Shown: positions 53,766 to 63,996, counted from the stretch's first letter. The stretch: 64,000 nucleotides of DNA from Nitrospiraceae bacterium (GCA_003599025.1 QZIL01000083.1:338-64337), one strand, 5' to 3'. The notes: generated by a model not told the origin, from the sequence alone. A program made the numbers and translations.

Positions 53766-54074
53766 GGTCCAAACGCTGCGTTTATGGACAAACACTGCTT
53801 AAGCTTACAAACACTTGCCAGGTACCTTTTCAGTGTCTCTGTGCCTCAGTGTTTAATCGACTGACGTTATTAGGTTAATTAGAAGTAAAAATACGAATAT
53901 AAAAGTGGTAAGTGCCTTGCATGGATTGTGATATAATTACTGCACTGAGGGAACGTGCAGTTTTCATTGATCGGTACGAAATTGCTATTTCTTATAATTA
54001 ATCGTTCTCAATAGCATTTATCTGTCAATAAGATAATAATCAAGTTATAAGATAATAATTATAAGGAGGTTCTT

Positions 54075-54581
54075 ATGGATATCAAGAAACCTCAAACACT
54101 CAATAAAAGAAAAAGCATCGACAATACGACTGATCCTTATCTGATATCGGAAGCTGTAATCGGCATGGCGGTATGCAGGAAATGCCACGCGGTCTTTATG
54201 AACAAGAGATGGACCCTGAATGAGGCTTTATATGAAAAAAAGATGGATGAGAAAAGCACACGTAAAGTTGTCTGTCCTGCCTGCCGGAAGGTGAAAGACA
54301 AATTCCCCGGGGGGGTAGTAAGAATCAAAGGTGAATTTCTTGCAGAGCATAAAAGTGAAATAATGAATTTAATAAAAAATGAAGAGCAGCGGGCTAAGGG
54401 TTTCAACCCGCTGGAGCGCATTATGAGTATAAGCAATATCAAGAGCGGTATAGAGATAATGACAACAAACGAGAAGCTTGCCCAGAGGATAGGTAAAAGA
54501 CTTCAAAAGACATATCAGGGCAGGGTCTATTATAAATGGTCGGACGACACGAAACTGCTTCGGGCAGAGTGGGAGAGGTGA
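54075..54581 (+). CDS. Zinc-ribbon protein, NMD3-N-like / BCAM0308-family-like
   Basis: It has an SD sequence (AAGGAGG). Two CxxC pairs are present (CRKCHAV...CPACRKV), followed by ...GGVVRIKGEFL...IEIMTTNEKLAQRIGKRL...YKWSDD. The family name is from memory. Confidence 0.5.
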   Translation: MDIKKPQTLNKRKSIDNTTDPYLISEAVIGMAVCRKCHAVFMNKRWTLNEALYEKKMDEKSTRKVVCPACRKVKDKFPGGVVRIKGEFLAEHKSEIMNLIKNEEQRAKGFNPLERIMSISNIKSGIEIMTTNEKLAQRIGKRLQKTYQGRVYYKWSDDTKLLRAEWER

Positions 54582-54638
54582 ATGCAATTTGGTTCCCGCT
54601 TCCTGCTGTTAATTAAATAAGTCTGGTTGATAGGGACA

Positions 54639-55592
54639 ATGCGGGCAATTGTATTCAATAAAGATCTGAAGTACGTGACAGACTACCCTGTTCCCAGGCC
54701 AAATCATGATGAGGCATTAATCAGGGTCACCCACGCTGGTATATGCAATACTGATATTGAAATTACCAGGGGATATATGGGCTTTAAAGGTATTCCCGGG
54801 CATGAATTCGTGGGTGTTGTGGAAAGATGCAGTGATAAGGGACTGGTGGGGAAAAGGGTGGCCGGTGAGATCAATCTGGGTTGCGGAAAGTGTGCCTTAT
54901 GCCGCAATCAGATGCAGAACCATTGTTCCGACCGGTCTGTTCTGGGTATATTGAATAAAGACGGTGTGTTCGCTGAATATGTGACCCTTCCTGTCAGAAA
55001 TCTCCATAAGATACCTAAATCCATCTCGGATGAAGAAGCGGTTTTTATTGAGCCGCTGGCAGCTGTGTATGAAATACTGGACCAGACATGCATCTCATCT
55101 TCTGATAAAGTCTGTGTGCTGGGAGACGGGAAGTTGGGCCTTCTTGCAGCCCAGGCACTTGCAGCAGCAGGGAGCAGGGTGATTGCTGTCGGCAGGCACA
55201 GGGAAAAGCTTTCCATCCTTGATGAGTCAGGAATTCATACTGGCTTGAGCCGGGATTTAAGTGACAGGGATTTTGATATCGTGATTGACTGCACAGGATC
55301 TCCTTCCGGAATCAGGACAGCCCTTCAGATTGTAAAACCGGGAGGGAGAATTGTTCTGAAGACAACAACAGCAAAAAAAGTACAGATTGATATGAACCAG
55401 TTTGTCATTAATGAAATCCGTCTGATCGGGTCCAGGTGCGGCCCGTTTTTACCTGCCATAAAGGCCATCAAATCAAGACAGATAGACCTGTATCCCCTGA
55501 TAAGCGATGTCTTTCCTATTGAAGACGGTTTGAAAGCATTTCAGCATGCATCCTCAAAAAGCGCGCTTAAAGTTATATTGAAGGTCAGTTAG
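54639..55592 (+). CDS. Zinc-dependent medium-chain alcohol dehydrogenase family oxidoreductase
   Basis: The sequence is MRAIVFNK...GICNTDIEITRGY...GHEFVG, with structural-Zn Cys (CGKCALCRNQMQNHC) and a GDGKLG Rossmann motif. I prefer the ATG at 54639 to the TTG at 54627. Confidence 0.8.
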   Translation: MRAIVFNKDLKYVTDYPVPRPNHDEALIRVTHAGICNTDIEITRGYMGFKGIPGHEFVGVVERCSDKGLVGKRVAGEINLGCGKCALCRNQMQNHCSDRSVLGILNKDGVFAEYVTLPVRNLHKIPKSISDEEAVFIEPLAAVYEILDQTCISSSDKVCVLGDGKLGLLAAQALAAAGSRVIAVGRHREKLSILDESGIHTGLSRDLSDRDFDIVIDCTGSPSGIRTALQIVKPGGRIVLKTTTAKKVQIDMNQFVINEIRLIGSRCGPFLPAIKAIKSRQIDLYPLISDVFPIEDGLKAFQHASSKSALKVILKVS

Positions 55593-56703
55593 AGGTCCAG
55601 CTGTCTGATTTACTAAGCACGGACAGGAAAGCTTCAACAACATGAGGGTCGAACTGCGTACCTTTAAATCTTTCCATTTCAGCCAGGGCATATTTTATTC
55701 CAGGTGCAGGCCTGTATGGTCTGTCTGACGTCATGGAATCAAAGGAATCCGCCACATGAAGGATTTTTGCTCCAAGAGGGATTTTATGCCCCTTAATTTT
55801 ATGCGGATAGCCGTTGCCGTCGAGTTTTTCATGGTGGTATTTAATATAAGGAATAATGTCCCTTAACTGTTTTATCTCTTTCAGGATATCGGCGCCCTGG
55901 TCAGGATGCTTTTTGACAATCTCGAATTCCTCTCTAGTGAGTTTCCCCGGCTTGTCCAGAAGATAATCATAAGTCCCTATTTTACCGATGTCATGAAGCA
56001 GGCCGGCGAGCTTAATATGTTTTATATCATCTTCATCAATTAACATTTGTTTTGCTATCTGCTCTGCATATATTGATACTCTCTCGGAATGCCCTTTGGT
56101 CCATGGGCTCTTTGCGTCGAGTGCATTGACCATGACCAGTATCAGTTTCAGAAACAGGTCTTCGAGTTCCTTGTAAGACTCACTTATGTCTTCCAGCATA
56201 TTAAGGAAGGCGTCACGACCCTTCTGAGCCCCGATCTGCCTGGCCTTCAGTTCGTTAATTGAACCGGCATATATTTCGATCAGATCATTACTGCTTTTTT
56301 CATTTTCTCTTGCGCTAGTTATGTCTATAAATGAATGGATGACGCCCAATATCTTTTCATTGCATAAAACAGGTGCAGAATTTATTATCAGATGCTTGCC
56401 AAGGTTTGGTTCATAGATTTCGGTCTGCGCTTCACTGCCGCCGGCAAGAGTTTTTTCTGTGGGGCAATCTTTTATTGGAGCGGAAGTTTTATGGAGCAGG
56501 CTGTAACATTTTGCGTTGCGTATGTCACCTGTATAACCAAACAAGCTTCGTGCGGCACGGTTTGCCATTACTACATTATAGGTTGTGTCCACAAGGATTG
56601 TAGCATATGGAAGGGTATCCATTAGCACCTGCCAGTTCTTCGTATATGCTTCAAGGGTAATGCTATGTTCTGTCCTGTTGTTAAGCAATATTGATTTCTT
56701 CAT
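55585..56703 (-). CDS. PAS - HD-GYP domain protein (putative c-di-GMP phosphodiesterase)
   Basis: The HD-GYP motifs HDIGK and HHEKLDGNGYP are present. The N-terminal PAS domain has a Cys motif (KCYSLLHKTSAPIKDCP). Confidence 0.85.
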   Translation of the reverse strand: MKKSILLNNRTEHSITLEAYTKNWQVLMDTLPYATILVDTTYNVVMANRAARSLFGYTGDIRNAKCYSLLHKTSAPIKDCPTEKTLAGGSEAQTEIYEPNLGKHLIINSAPVLCNEKILGVIHSFIDITSARENEKSSNDLIEIYAGSINELKARQIGAQKGRDAFLNMLEDISESYKELEDLFLKLILVMVNALDAKSPWTKGHSERVSIYAEQIAKQMLIDEDDIKHIKLAGLLHDIGKIGTYDYLLDKPGKLTREEFEIVKKHPDQGADILKEIKQLRDIIPYIKYHHEKLDGNGYPHKIKGHKIPLGAKILHVADSFDSMTSDRPYRPAPGIKYALAEMERFKGTQFDPHVVEAFLSVLSKSDSWTSN

Positions 56704-58390
56704 GAATGCCCAGCTGCCGGTTGAGTCTCTTTATTTCTTTCTTCAGTTCCTTCATCCTTAATTCGCGGCCAATAGCCATTTCGTAGAACTTTTCGAGGTC
56801 ATCGACTTTCGTTTTCAGTTCTCTCTCAGACTCCCTGATTCTCTGCTGGGCATTTTTAAGCTCTGTAATATCCGTGGCTATTATAACCGATTTCAATTTT
56901 TTTTCTTTCTCATCCTGAATCGGACGGTGACTGATATAGAGCCAGCGGCCTGTTTCCGTCTCGAGTTCGTTTTTGGCCGGCAGTTCACGGGAGCATGTCA
57001 TACGACTTTTACAGTCCTCAACCTGAGAAGGTGAACAACTGAAGAAATCATAACAGTGATGCCCGACAATATTGTTCACAGGTTTATTGACATATTCGGA
57101 AAAGCTTTTATTACACCTTGAGATTTTCAGCTCATTGTCTATCAATAAAATAAATTCCAGGGCACTGTCGAACGTCATTTCCCATTCAATCTTTGCCTTT
57201 GTAATCGCGACAAGCAGATTGTTATGTTCATCCTCAATCTTTTTACGGACGGATATATCTCTGACAATATGAATAAGGCCAATTAGTTTATGGTCGTTGT
57301 TAAAACGGGGGATAGCCCTGATCTCAACGTATTTCTTTAAATGAGGTTCATAGATTTCAAATGCGGCAGGTTCTTCTGTCTTCAGACATCCGCAGCTCGG
57401 GCATTCAATGGGAGCGCTTTTCGTGCCATGATAGTATTCGTAGCATTTATTGATCTTCTTGAAATCAAGTATCGGCATGTTAAGTGTTTCTTTGGCCGCC
57501 TTATTGGCCAGGATGATATTAAAGTCCCTGTCATGTATAGTGATCATGTCCGGAATTGTGTTAAACGTGTCCTCCCAGTCCTGCCTTGACTGAAGCACCA
57601 TCTCTTTCATTTTTCTGCGTTCGGTGATGTCCGTAATGGTCAAAAGAATCCGCGCCTTTTCTTCATCATCTTTTGTCCGGCTATTTCCTATGCGGGATAT
57701 AATTGCAGAGAATATCAGGCTGGTCCCGGAACCTTCCGGAACAATAACAATTTCTTTTTTTATAGTGTCGCCGGTATTCAGATTTTTCTTTATGTCATTT
57801 TCAAGAGGTGTTATGAACTGATTGAGAGATAGTTGGGGATATTGTTCATTAAGTCTCTCAAAGGCCTTATTTGTAGAAAGTATATTTAACTGGTTGCTCA
57901 GGACGGTCAGGATGGATGGGACGGAAATAACAATATTGTCAGTATACTCTTTTGCTGTATTCAGTTTGTCCATTGAATCTTCAATGTGCCTGGCCATAAA
58001 GTTGAATCCTTCTGCTAGCTGTCCGAATTCGTTCCTGCCGGAAATATTTATGCGTGTGTCCCACTTTCCACCGGCCATATCCAGCATGCTGTCAGTCAAT
58101 TTTTTTATGGGCTCTGTAATCTTTTCAGAAATATAGAGAGCAATAAATAGTGCGATCAGTATACCGGCTATCGTAATACCGGACCCTATAACTGTAAACT
58201 GCCTTACTGCATTTTCGATGAGATTATTGTTGCCCTCCGAGGAGGAGAGGGCTGTCCTTAAAACGTGAATGAACGCTAAATTAATAATAATTCCGCTGCC
58301 AGCCAGGACAAGGAAGACAGTAACAAGAAGATTGGTCCTGATACTTGATCCCTTGGAGACCGGCTTATATGGATTTTCGTTATTGAACAT
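56681..58390 (-). CDS. Membrane HAMP-PAS-PAS sensor protein without a recognisable output domain
   Basis: It has two TM segments, a HAMP domain (EPIKKLTDSMLDMAGGKWDTRINISGRNEFGQLAEGFNFMARHIE), at least two PAS domains and a C-terminal coiled coil (LEKFYEMAIGRELRMKELKKEIKRL). It has no H-box or ATPase motifs. Its 3' end overlaps the HD-GYP gene start by 23 nt. Confidence 0.7.
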   Translation of the reverse strand: MFNNENPYKPVSKGSSIRTNLLVTVFLVLAGSGIIINLAFIHVLRTALSSSEGNNNLIENAVRQFTVIGSGITIAGILIALFIALYISEKITEPIKKLTDSMLDMAGGKWDTRINISGRNEFGQLAEGFNFMARHIEDSMDKLNTAKEYTDNIVISVPSILTVLSNQLNILSTNKAFERLNEQYPQLSLNQFITPLENDIKKNLNTGDTIKKEIVIVPEGSGTSLIFSAIISRIGNSRTKDDEEKARILLTITDITERRKMKEMVLQSRQDWEDTFNTIPDMITIHDRDFNIILANKAAKETLNMPILDFKKINKCYEYYHGTKSAPIECPSCGCLKTEEPAAFEIYEPHLKKYVEIRAIPRFNNDHKLIGLIHIVRDISVRKKIEDEHNNLLVAITKAKIEWEMTFDSALEFILLIDNELKISRCNKSFSEYVNKPVNNIVGHHCYDFFSCSPSQVEDCKSRMTCSRELPAKNELETETGRWLYISHRPIQDEKEKKLKSVIIATDITELKNAQQRIRESERELKTKVDDLEKFYEMAIGRELRMKELKKEIKRLNRQLGIHEEINIA

Positions 58391-58616
58391 AATCAGCTGT
58401 AGTGTTGACGATTCCCGTAATTATCAAAATTGTATATTTATCGGTATATTACAGGCATAACTTAAATTAACCGGCTTCTTGTTATCAATGTCACGCCTTA
58501 TATATAATAAATCAGTGTTTATAAGATATAACCGGCATCAGGATGCAATTCTGATAAGTTAATCGGGATGTATCTGACAGGTATAACTTACAATTAACCA
58601 TTTTTTACGGATCTTA

Positions 58617-59351
58617 ATGCATAATTCAAAAACAGCGGGGATCATAATTATTGGTAATGAAATACTCTCCGGCAAGGTAAGAGATATCAATTCATACTAT
58701 CTGTTATGTGAATTAAGGACGTTGGGGGTTGAAGTTCAGCGTATATCCGTGATTCCCGATGATATTGAAATTATAGGCAGTGAAGTTAAGGCATTTTCCG
58801 GAAGATATGATTATGTTTTTACGTCCGGTGGAGTAGGCCCGACTCATGATGATGTGACTATGGCCGGTATAGCCAGAGGATTCGGCGTGAGACTCGTGTC
58901 TCATGATGAGATCAGAAAAATTCTTTATTCCAGATATAAAGACCTTATCAACAACTCTGTATTGAAAATGACGGAAGTGCCTGAGGGCAGCAATATTGAT
59001 TATCATGAAAATATGAGATTCCCGGTTATTTCATTTAAAAATGTGATTATTTTCCCCGGGATTCCGGAGTATATGCAAAACAAGTTTGCCCTGATCAGGG
59101 AAAAATTCAGGACATCTGTATTTCATCTGAAGCGTTTATATCTGAACTGTCATGAATCCAGTATTGCGGAGATATTGAACGGAGTGGTAGAAAAATATAA
59201 GAATGTTTCTTTCGGATCATATCCAATCTTGGGCAAGCCGGACTTTATGGTGATTATTACAGCAGAAACCAAGTCAGAAGAACTACTGAATAAGGCCATT
59301 GATGAACTCATACAAAAGCTGCCTGCAGGCTTTCTGGTACGGGTTGAATAA
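58617..59351 (+). CDS. CinA-N-terminal-like MoCF-biosynthesis (molybdopterin-binding) domain protein
   Basis: The pattern AGIIIIGNEILSGKVRDINSYYL...TSGGVGPTHDDVT is present. The protein is 244 aa. Confidence 0.7.
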   Translation: MHNSKTAGIIIIGNEILSGKVRDINSYYLLCELRTLGVEVQRISVIPDDIEIIGSEVKAFSGRYDYVFTSGGVGPTHDDVTMAGIARGFGVRLVSHDEIRKILYSRYKDLINNSVLKMTEVPEGSNIDYHENMRFPVISFKNVIIFPGIPEYMQNKFALIREKFRTSVFHLKRLYLNCHESSIAEILNGVVEKYKNVSFGSYPILGKPDFMVIITAETKSEELLNKAIDELIQKLPAGFLVRVE

Positions 59352-59581
59352 GGCAGTGCTAACTGGAACATTATAATTAAGCCGCAGCATTCTTAAGAGG
59401 AAACTTATTCACTCCGCTTTTACCATTTCAGCTTGTTAATCCGCTAAATAATACATATAACATAAACATATAACTTATTATCATCATTGACTTAATTGAT
59501 GTTTTATGTTAATTATGAACTGTATGTTTACGGGATGGCTTGTCTTTCCATGGATAGTTATAAAGTTTCTGTGTTAATCAG

Positions 59582-62506
59582 ATGAAGCAGAAAGAAACGA
59601 AGTTGATGCATGATATGAAAAAAGCAAATCAACCATCCCCGGATATTATTAATACATTATTCTGGCGAGACATACTTGAAGCCATTGGTGATCCCGTCAG
59701 CATACAGGGAACGGATTTCAGGATACTGTATCAAAACAGCAGGTCTAAAGAAGTAATCGGTGACCACGCGGGGGAACGTTGTTACACTGCCTACGAAAAC
59801 CGGAGTGACGTATGTGATGGTTGTCCCCTTGAGATTTCCTTCAGGAAAGGTCATACCTGCACAGGATTAAGGCATGATACTGTAAAAAAAGGTTTGGTAT
59901 TTGAAATAACATCCACTCCCCTCAGAGACGCAGCTGGAACTATTGTAGCGGGAATCGAAGTTGCAAGAGTAATTTCAGGGCAGCTTAAAATTGAGGAGGA
60001 CCTGCGTAAATTCAAATTTATCAGCAATAAGGCATCCGAGGCTCATCTCTTAACAGACAGAGAAGGAAGGATTGTTTATGTGAATGAATCTTTCTGCAGA
60101 GCATTAGGCTATTCGGATAAAGAGCTTTTGACTTTAAACGTATCCGACCTGGTACCGGTATTTGACAAGACATTGTATCTGGAGATGTTCGATCTTGCGC
60201 AGCGGCAGACAGTGCCTCCAACTGAAAGACAAATTAGAAGAAAAGACGGCTCTGTTTTCTTTTCAGAGATTGTAGTAACCGGTTATGAGATCGATGGAAA
60301 GCCTTATATTTTTGCGGTCTTCCGTGATGTTACAAGCCGTAAGTCTATAGAAGACGTCATGCTTAAAATAGCAAAAGGCGTCTCATGCCTCGTGGGCGAA
60401 AAGTTCTTCCACTCACTTGCTGAATACCTCTGTAACATACTTAATGCTGATTATGCTTATATTGCTGAAGTGATTCCGGGAAAACCGAATTTCTTGCGGA
60501 CTCTCTCCTTTATTGCTGACGGGAAAAATATCGATAATATGGAAGTCGATATCGCAGGAACGCCCTGTGAAAAAGCGCTTGAGGATAATATATGTTTGTG
60601 TCCGTCAGGAGTTCAGAGTCTGTTCCCTCATGCCCGAATAATGGCTGCGATGAAAATTGAAGGTTATGTTGGGAAACTCCTGTATAGTTCATCAGGAACA
60701 AAACTGGGTCTTGTTGCTGTAATGTACAGGAAACCTGTTGAGCATGTAGCGGTAGTGGAATCAACGCTCAGAATCTTTGCGGCCCGTGCTGCAGCTGAGA
60801 TCGAACGCAGGCAGTCTGAAGAGTTGTTAAGAAGGACCAATGCCGAGCTTGAAATGCGGGTCAGGGACAGAACTTTGGAGCTGCAAAATGCAAATGAGTA
60901 TCTGAAAGAGCAGATCGAAAAGCTTAAAATGGCCCGGAATGCGCTTGAGGTAAGTGAGACGCGCTTCCGTACTGCTGCCACATGTATTGCCGATCTCATA
61001 TGGGAAGGAGATGTCAGGACTGACAGTTTGCACTGGTTCGGAGATATAGACGGGATGCTCGGCTACGAAGTCGGGGAATTCCCCCGTACGATTTCAGGCC
61101 TTATGGAAAACATTCATCAGGATGACAGGGTTAAAGTTGTCAAGGCTGTCAAGAAAGCACTCAAGGCAGGGAAAGAATTTTCTGCGGAGTACCGCATCCG
61201 GTCCAGCAACGGAACTTATCACTACTGGTATGAAAGCGGAAAACCGGTCGAATTTGAAAATCTTAAACCAGTTAAATGGGTTGGATCAATAACTGATATT
61301 ACCAATCACAAGACGGCTGAGCAGCATCTGAAAGAGAGCGAACATAAATATAAAGCCCTTGCAGATGAATTTAACGCGCTTCTTGATGCTATCCCGGATT
61401 CTTTGATTCTGCTGTCGCCGGATTTGAAAATATTATGGGCCAACAAAGCGTTTGCCACCAACATCGGGAAAAAAGTCTCCGGGATAAAAGGGCAGCACTG
61501 CTATAATCTCTGCTGCAAGATTGATAATCCCTGCAGGAACTGTCCTGTAATCGTAAGTCTTAAATCAGGGAAGGAGGAAACAACCCGTGTTATGAACACG
61601 GCAGGCCGGATTTTTAACAAGAGGGCCTTCCCAATTAAAGACAAAAAGGGAGAGATAAGAAATGTTATAGAAGTTACCAGAGACATTACAGCCAAGGTGC
61701 ATATGGAAGAAGAGGCAAAGCTGGTTCAGTCCAGGCTTATACATACCAACAAGATGACATCTCTCGGAACACTCGTTTCAGGCGTTGCGCATGAGATCAA
61801 TAATCCAAACAGTTTTATTCTGAACAACACCCAGGTATTTGCTGAAATCTGGGAGGATGCCGTTAAGCTGCTTTCTGAGCATTATCAGTCTGACAAGTCA
61901 ATTCATCTGGCAGGCATCCCTTTTTCTGAAGTCAGAAAATTAGCGCCGAAACTTCTGTACGGCATTAACGATGGATCATTAAGAATAAAGAACATAGTGG
62001 ACAACCTGAAAAACTTTTCCAGGCCTGACAAGGCCCGTATGGATGGAAAGGTGGACATCAATACTATTATCATGACATCTACGTCAATACTTGAAAATCA
62101 AATAAAAAAATTCACCAATAACTATCAGGTCAAATGTGAAGATAATCTGCCGTTTGTAAAAGGAAGTGCACAGCAAATTGAACAGGTTGTCATTAATCTT
62201 ATAATGAATGCCCTCCAGTCTCTGCCGGATAAAGAGGCCGGGATAAGTGTATTTACAAAATATAATAAAAGAGCGAACAGGGTCGAGATCAGGGTTGCAG
62301 ATGAAGGATGCGGCATAGACCGGAAAATTATTGATCGTGTTACAGAACCTTTTTTTACTACCAAATATGACATTGGGGGCACCGGGCTTGGTCTTTCCAT
62401 CACCGATTCTATTATCAGGGAACATAATGGTTCTCTTATATTTAAATCAAATGAGGGTAAGGGCACGATAATTACCGTAAGACTCCCCTTATATGAAAGC
62501 ATCTGA
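59582..62506 (+). CDS. Cytoplasmic multi-PAS/GAF sensor histidine kinase
   Basis: The protein is 974 aa with several PAS domains, a GAF-like region and a coiled coil. It has an H-box (SGVAHEINNPNSF), an N-box (NLIMNALQS), a G1 box (DEGCGI) and a G2 box (GGTGLGLSI). The start codon is uncertain (M1, M9 or M12). Confidence 0.85.
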   Translation: MKQKETKLMHDMKKANQPSPDIINTLFWRDILEAIGDPVSIQGTDFRILYQNSRSKEVIGDHAGERCYTAYENRSDVCDGCPLEISFRKGHTCTGLRHDTVKKGLVFEITSTPLRDAAGTIVAGIEVARVISGQLKIEEDLRKFKFISNKASEAHLLTDREGRIVYVNESFCRALGYSDKELLTLNVSDLVPVFDKTLYLEMFDLAQRQTVPPTERQIRRKDGSVFFSEIVVTGYEIDGKPYIFAVFRDVTSRKSIEDVMLKIAKGVSCLVGEKFFHSLAEYLCNILNADYAYIAEVIPGKPNFLRTLSFIADGKNIDNMEVDIAGTPCEKALEDNICLCPSGVQSLFPHARIMAAMKIEGYVGKLLYSSSGTKLGLVAVMYRKPVEHVAVVESTLRIFAARAAAEIERRQSEELLRRTNAELEMRVRDRTLELQNANEYLKEQIEKLKMARNALEVSETRFRTAATCIADLIWEGDVRTDSLHWFGDIDGMLGYEVGEFPRTISGLMENIHQDDRVKVVKAVKKALKAGKEFSAEYRIRSSNGTYHYWYESGKPVEFENLKPVKWVGSITDITNHKTAEQHLKESEHKYKALADEFNALLDAIPDSLILLSPDLKILWANKAFATNIGKKVSGIKGQHCYNLCCKIDNPCRNCPVIVSLKSGKEETTRVMNTAGRIFNKRAFPIKDKKGEIRNVIEVTRDITAKVHMEEEAKLVQSRLIHTNKMTSLGTLVSGVAHEINNPNSFILNNTQVFAEIWEDAVKLLSEHYQSDKSIHLAGIPFSEVRKLAPKLLYGINDGSLRIKNIVDNLKNFSRPDKARMDGKVDINTIIMTSTSILENQIKKFTNNYQVKCEDNLPFVKGSAQQIEQVVINLIMNALQSLPDKEAGISVFTKYNKRANRVEIRVADEGCGIDRKIIDRVTEPFFTTKYDIGGTGLGLSITDSIIREHNGSLIFKSNEGKGTIITVRLPLYESI

Positions 62507-62559
62507 TGAAATAGCTACTGATCACTAAGGGAATATGGAGAACATAAAGGGGGACCAGC

Positions 62560-63996
62560 ATGAATAATTTACATCTGCCGGTATTAATAGTTGATGACGA
62601 GAAGCAGATCCTGCTCAGCTATACAGTAATGCTGCGGACAGCAGGCATTGAAAATGTAATAACTATGAATGACAGCAGGAAAGTCCTGACCTTTCTATCC
62701 AAAGAAGATGTTGCTGCCATTGTGCTTGACCTTAACATGCCGCATATATCAGGAATTGACCTGCTTGATAAAATTAAAGAGAAATACCCGCATATATCTA
62801 TTATCATTGTAACCGCGATAAATGATATAGAAAAGGCGGTTGAGTGCATGAAAAAAGGCGCCTCTGATTACCTTGTAAAACCGGTGGAAAAAAGCAGATT
62901 CGTCTCAAGCATCCAAAAAACACTGGAGTTGAGCGGATTACGCAATGAGGTGTCATCCCTTAAGGAACATGTATTGTCTTTGCGCCAGCACCTGCTTACG
63001 GATAAACTGGAGCATGAAGATGTTTTTTCATCGATCTACACAAACAGTAAAAAGATGAGGGCTGTTTTTCATTATGTTGAAGCTATCGGGAAATCATCAA
63101 ACCCTGTCTTCATTGCAGGTGAAACAGGGGTGGGAAAGGAACTAATGTCAAGGGCAGTTCACGCTGTCAGCGGACTCAGGGGCAACTTTGTGGCTGTAAA
63201 TGTTGCCGGACTGGACGATACAATGTTTTCCGACACTCTGTTCGGCCATGTAAAGGGGGCTTATACGGGTGCTGACAAAGACCGTGAAGGGCTTATAGTC
63301 AGAGCTTCGGGCGGGACCCTGCTGCTTGATGAGATCGGTGATTTAAATGAGTTGACACAGGTGAAACTCCTGCGCCTGATGGAAGAAGGGGTATATTACC
63401 CTCTTGGCTCTGATACGCCTCAGAAAAGTAATGCCCGTATAATTGGGACCACAAATCGGGACCTGCAGAAGAGGATATCACAGGGGAAGTTTCGTAAAGA
63501 CCTGTATTATCGTCTTTGCACTATTCAGATACAAATTCCTCCCCTGCGTGAACGCACGGAGGACATACCGGTTCTCCTTAACTACTTTCTTGAGGAATCT
63601 TCCGAAAATCTGAAGAAGAAAAAACCGTCTCCCCCGATTGAGCTTCTCACATTACTATCAAATTATACTTTCCCCGGCAATATACGTGAACTCAGGGCGA
63701 TGGTCTTTGATGCAGTTGCTCAGCACAAGTCAGGGATTCTTTCCCTGGATAGTTTCAGAAAATTCATAAAGGAAAAAGGTGAGCATGTTGAGACAGTAAT
63801 TTCCCCTCCGGAACAGAGTACCTCTGCAAAACTGGATTTTTCAGGACGTTTCCCTACCATAAAAGAAGCCGAAGATTTTTTAGTTGCTGAGGCACTGAAA
63901 CGTTCGGACGGCAACCAGGGGATTGCTGCTTCCCTCCTTGGCCTTACACGACAGGCCCTAAATAAGCGGATAAAAAGATCTGAGAACCATTCTTAA
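62560..63996 (+). CDS. Sigma-54-dependent response regulator (NtrC family)
   Basis: It has a REC domain (VLDLNMP phospho-Asp context). The AAA+ domain has GETGVGKE and a GAYTGA variant of the GAFTGA loop. The C-terminus has a Fis-type HTH (GNQGIAASLLGLTRQALNKRIKR). Confidence 0.9.
   Translation: MNNLHLPVLIVDDEKQILLSYTVMLRTAGIENVITMNDSRKVLTFLSKEDVAAIVLDLNMPHISGIDLLDKIKEKYPHISIIIVTAINDIEKAVECMKKGASDYLVKPVEKSRFVSSIQKTLELSGLRNEVSSLKEHVLSLRQHLLTDKLEHEDVFSSIYTNSKKMRAVFHYVEAIGKSSNPVFIAGETGVGKELMSRAVHAVSGLRGNFVAVNVAGLDDTMFSDTLFGHVKGAYTGADKDREGLIVRASGGTLLLDEIGDLNELTQVKLLRLMEEGVYYPLGSDTPQKSNARIIGTTNRDLQKRISQGKFRKDLYYRLCTIQIQIPPLRERTEDIPVLLNYFLEESSENLKKKKPSPPIELLTLLSNYTFPGNIRELRAMVFDAVAQHKSGILSLDSFRKFIKEKGEHVETVISPPEQSTSAKLDFSGRFPTIKEAEDFLVAEALKRSDGNQGIAASLLGLTRQALNKRIKRSENHS

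Noticed and set aside
53929-53965. An extended -10 (TGATATAAT) followed directly by a hairpin-T tract, as a promoter-proximal attenuator or tiny sRNA upstream of 54075.
   Set aside because: There is no convincing -35 element. The hairpin starts within a few nt of the putative transcription start site, and the stem is short (6 bp). The evidence is too weak to call.
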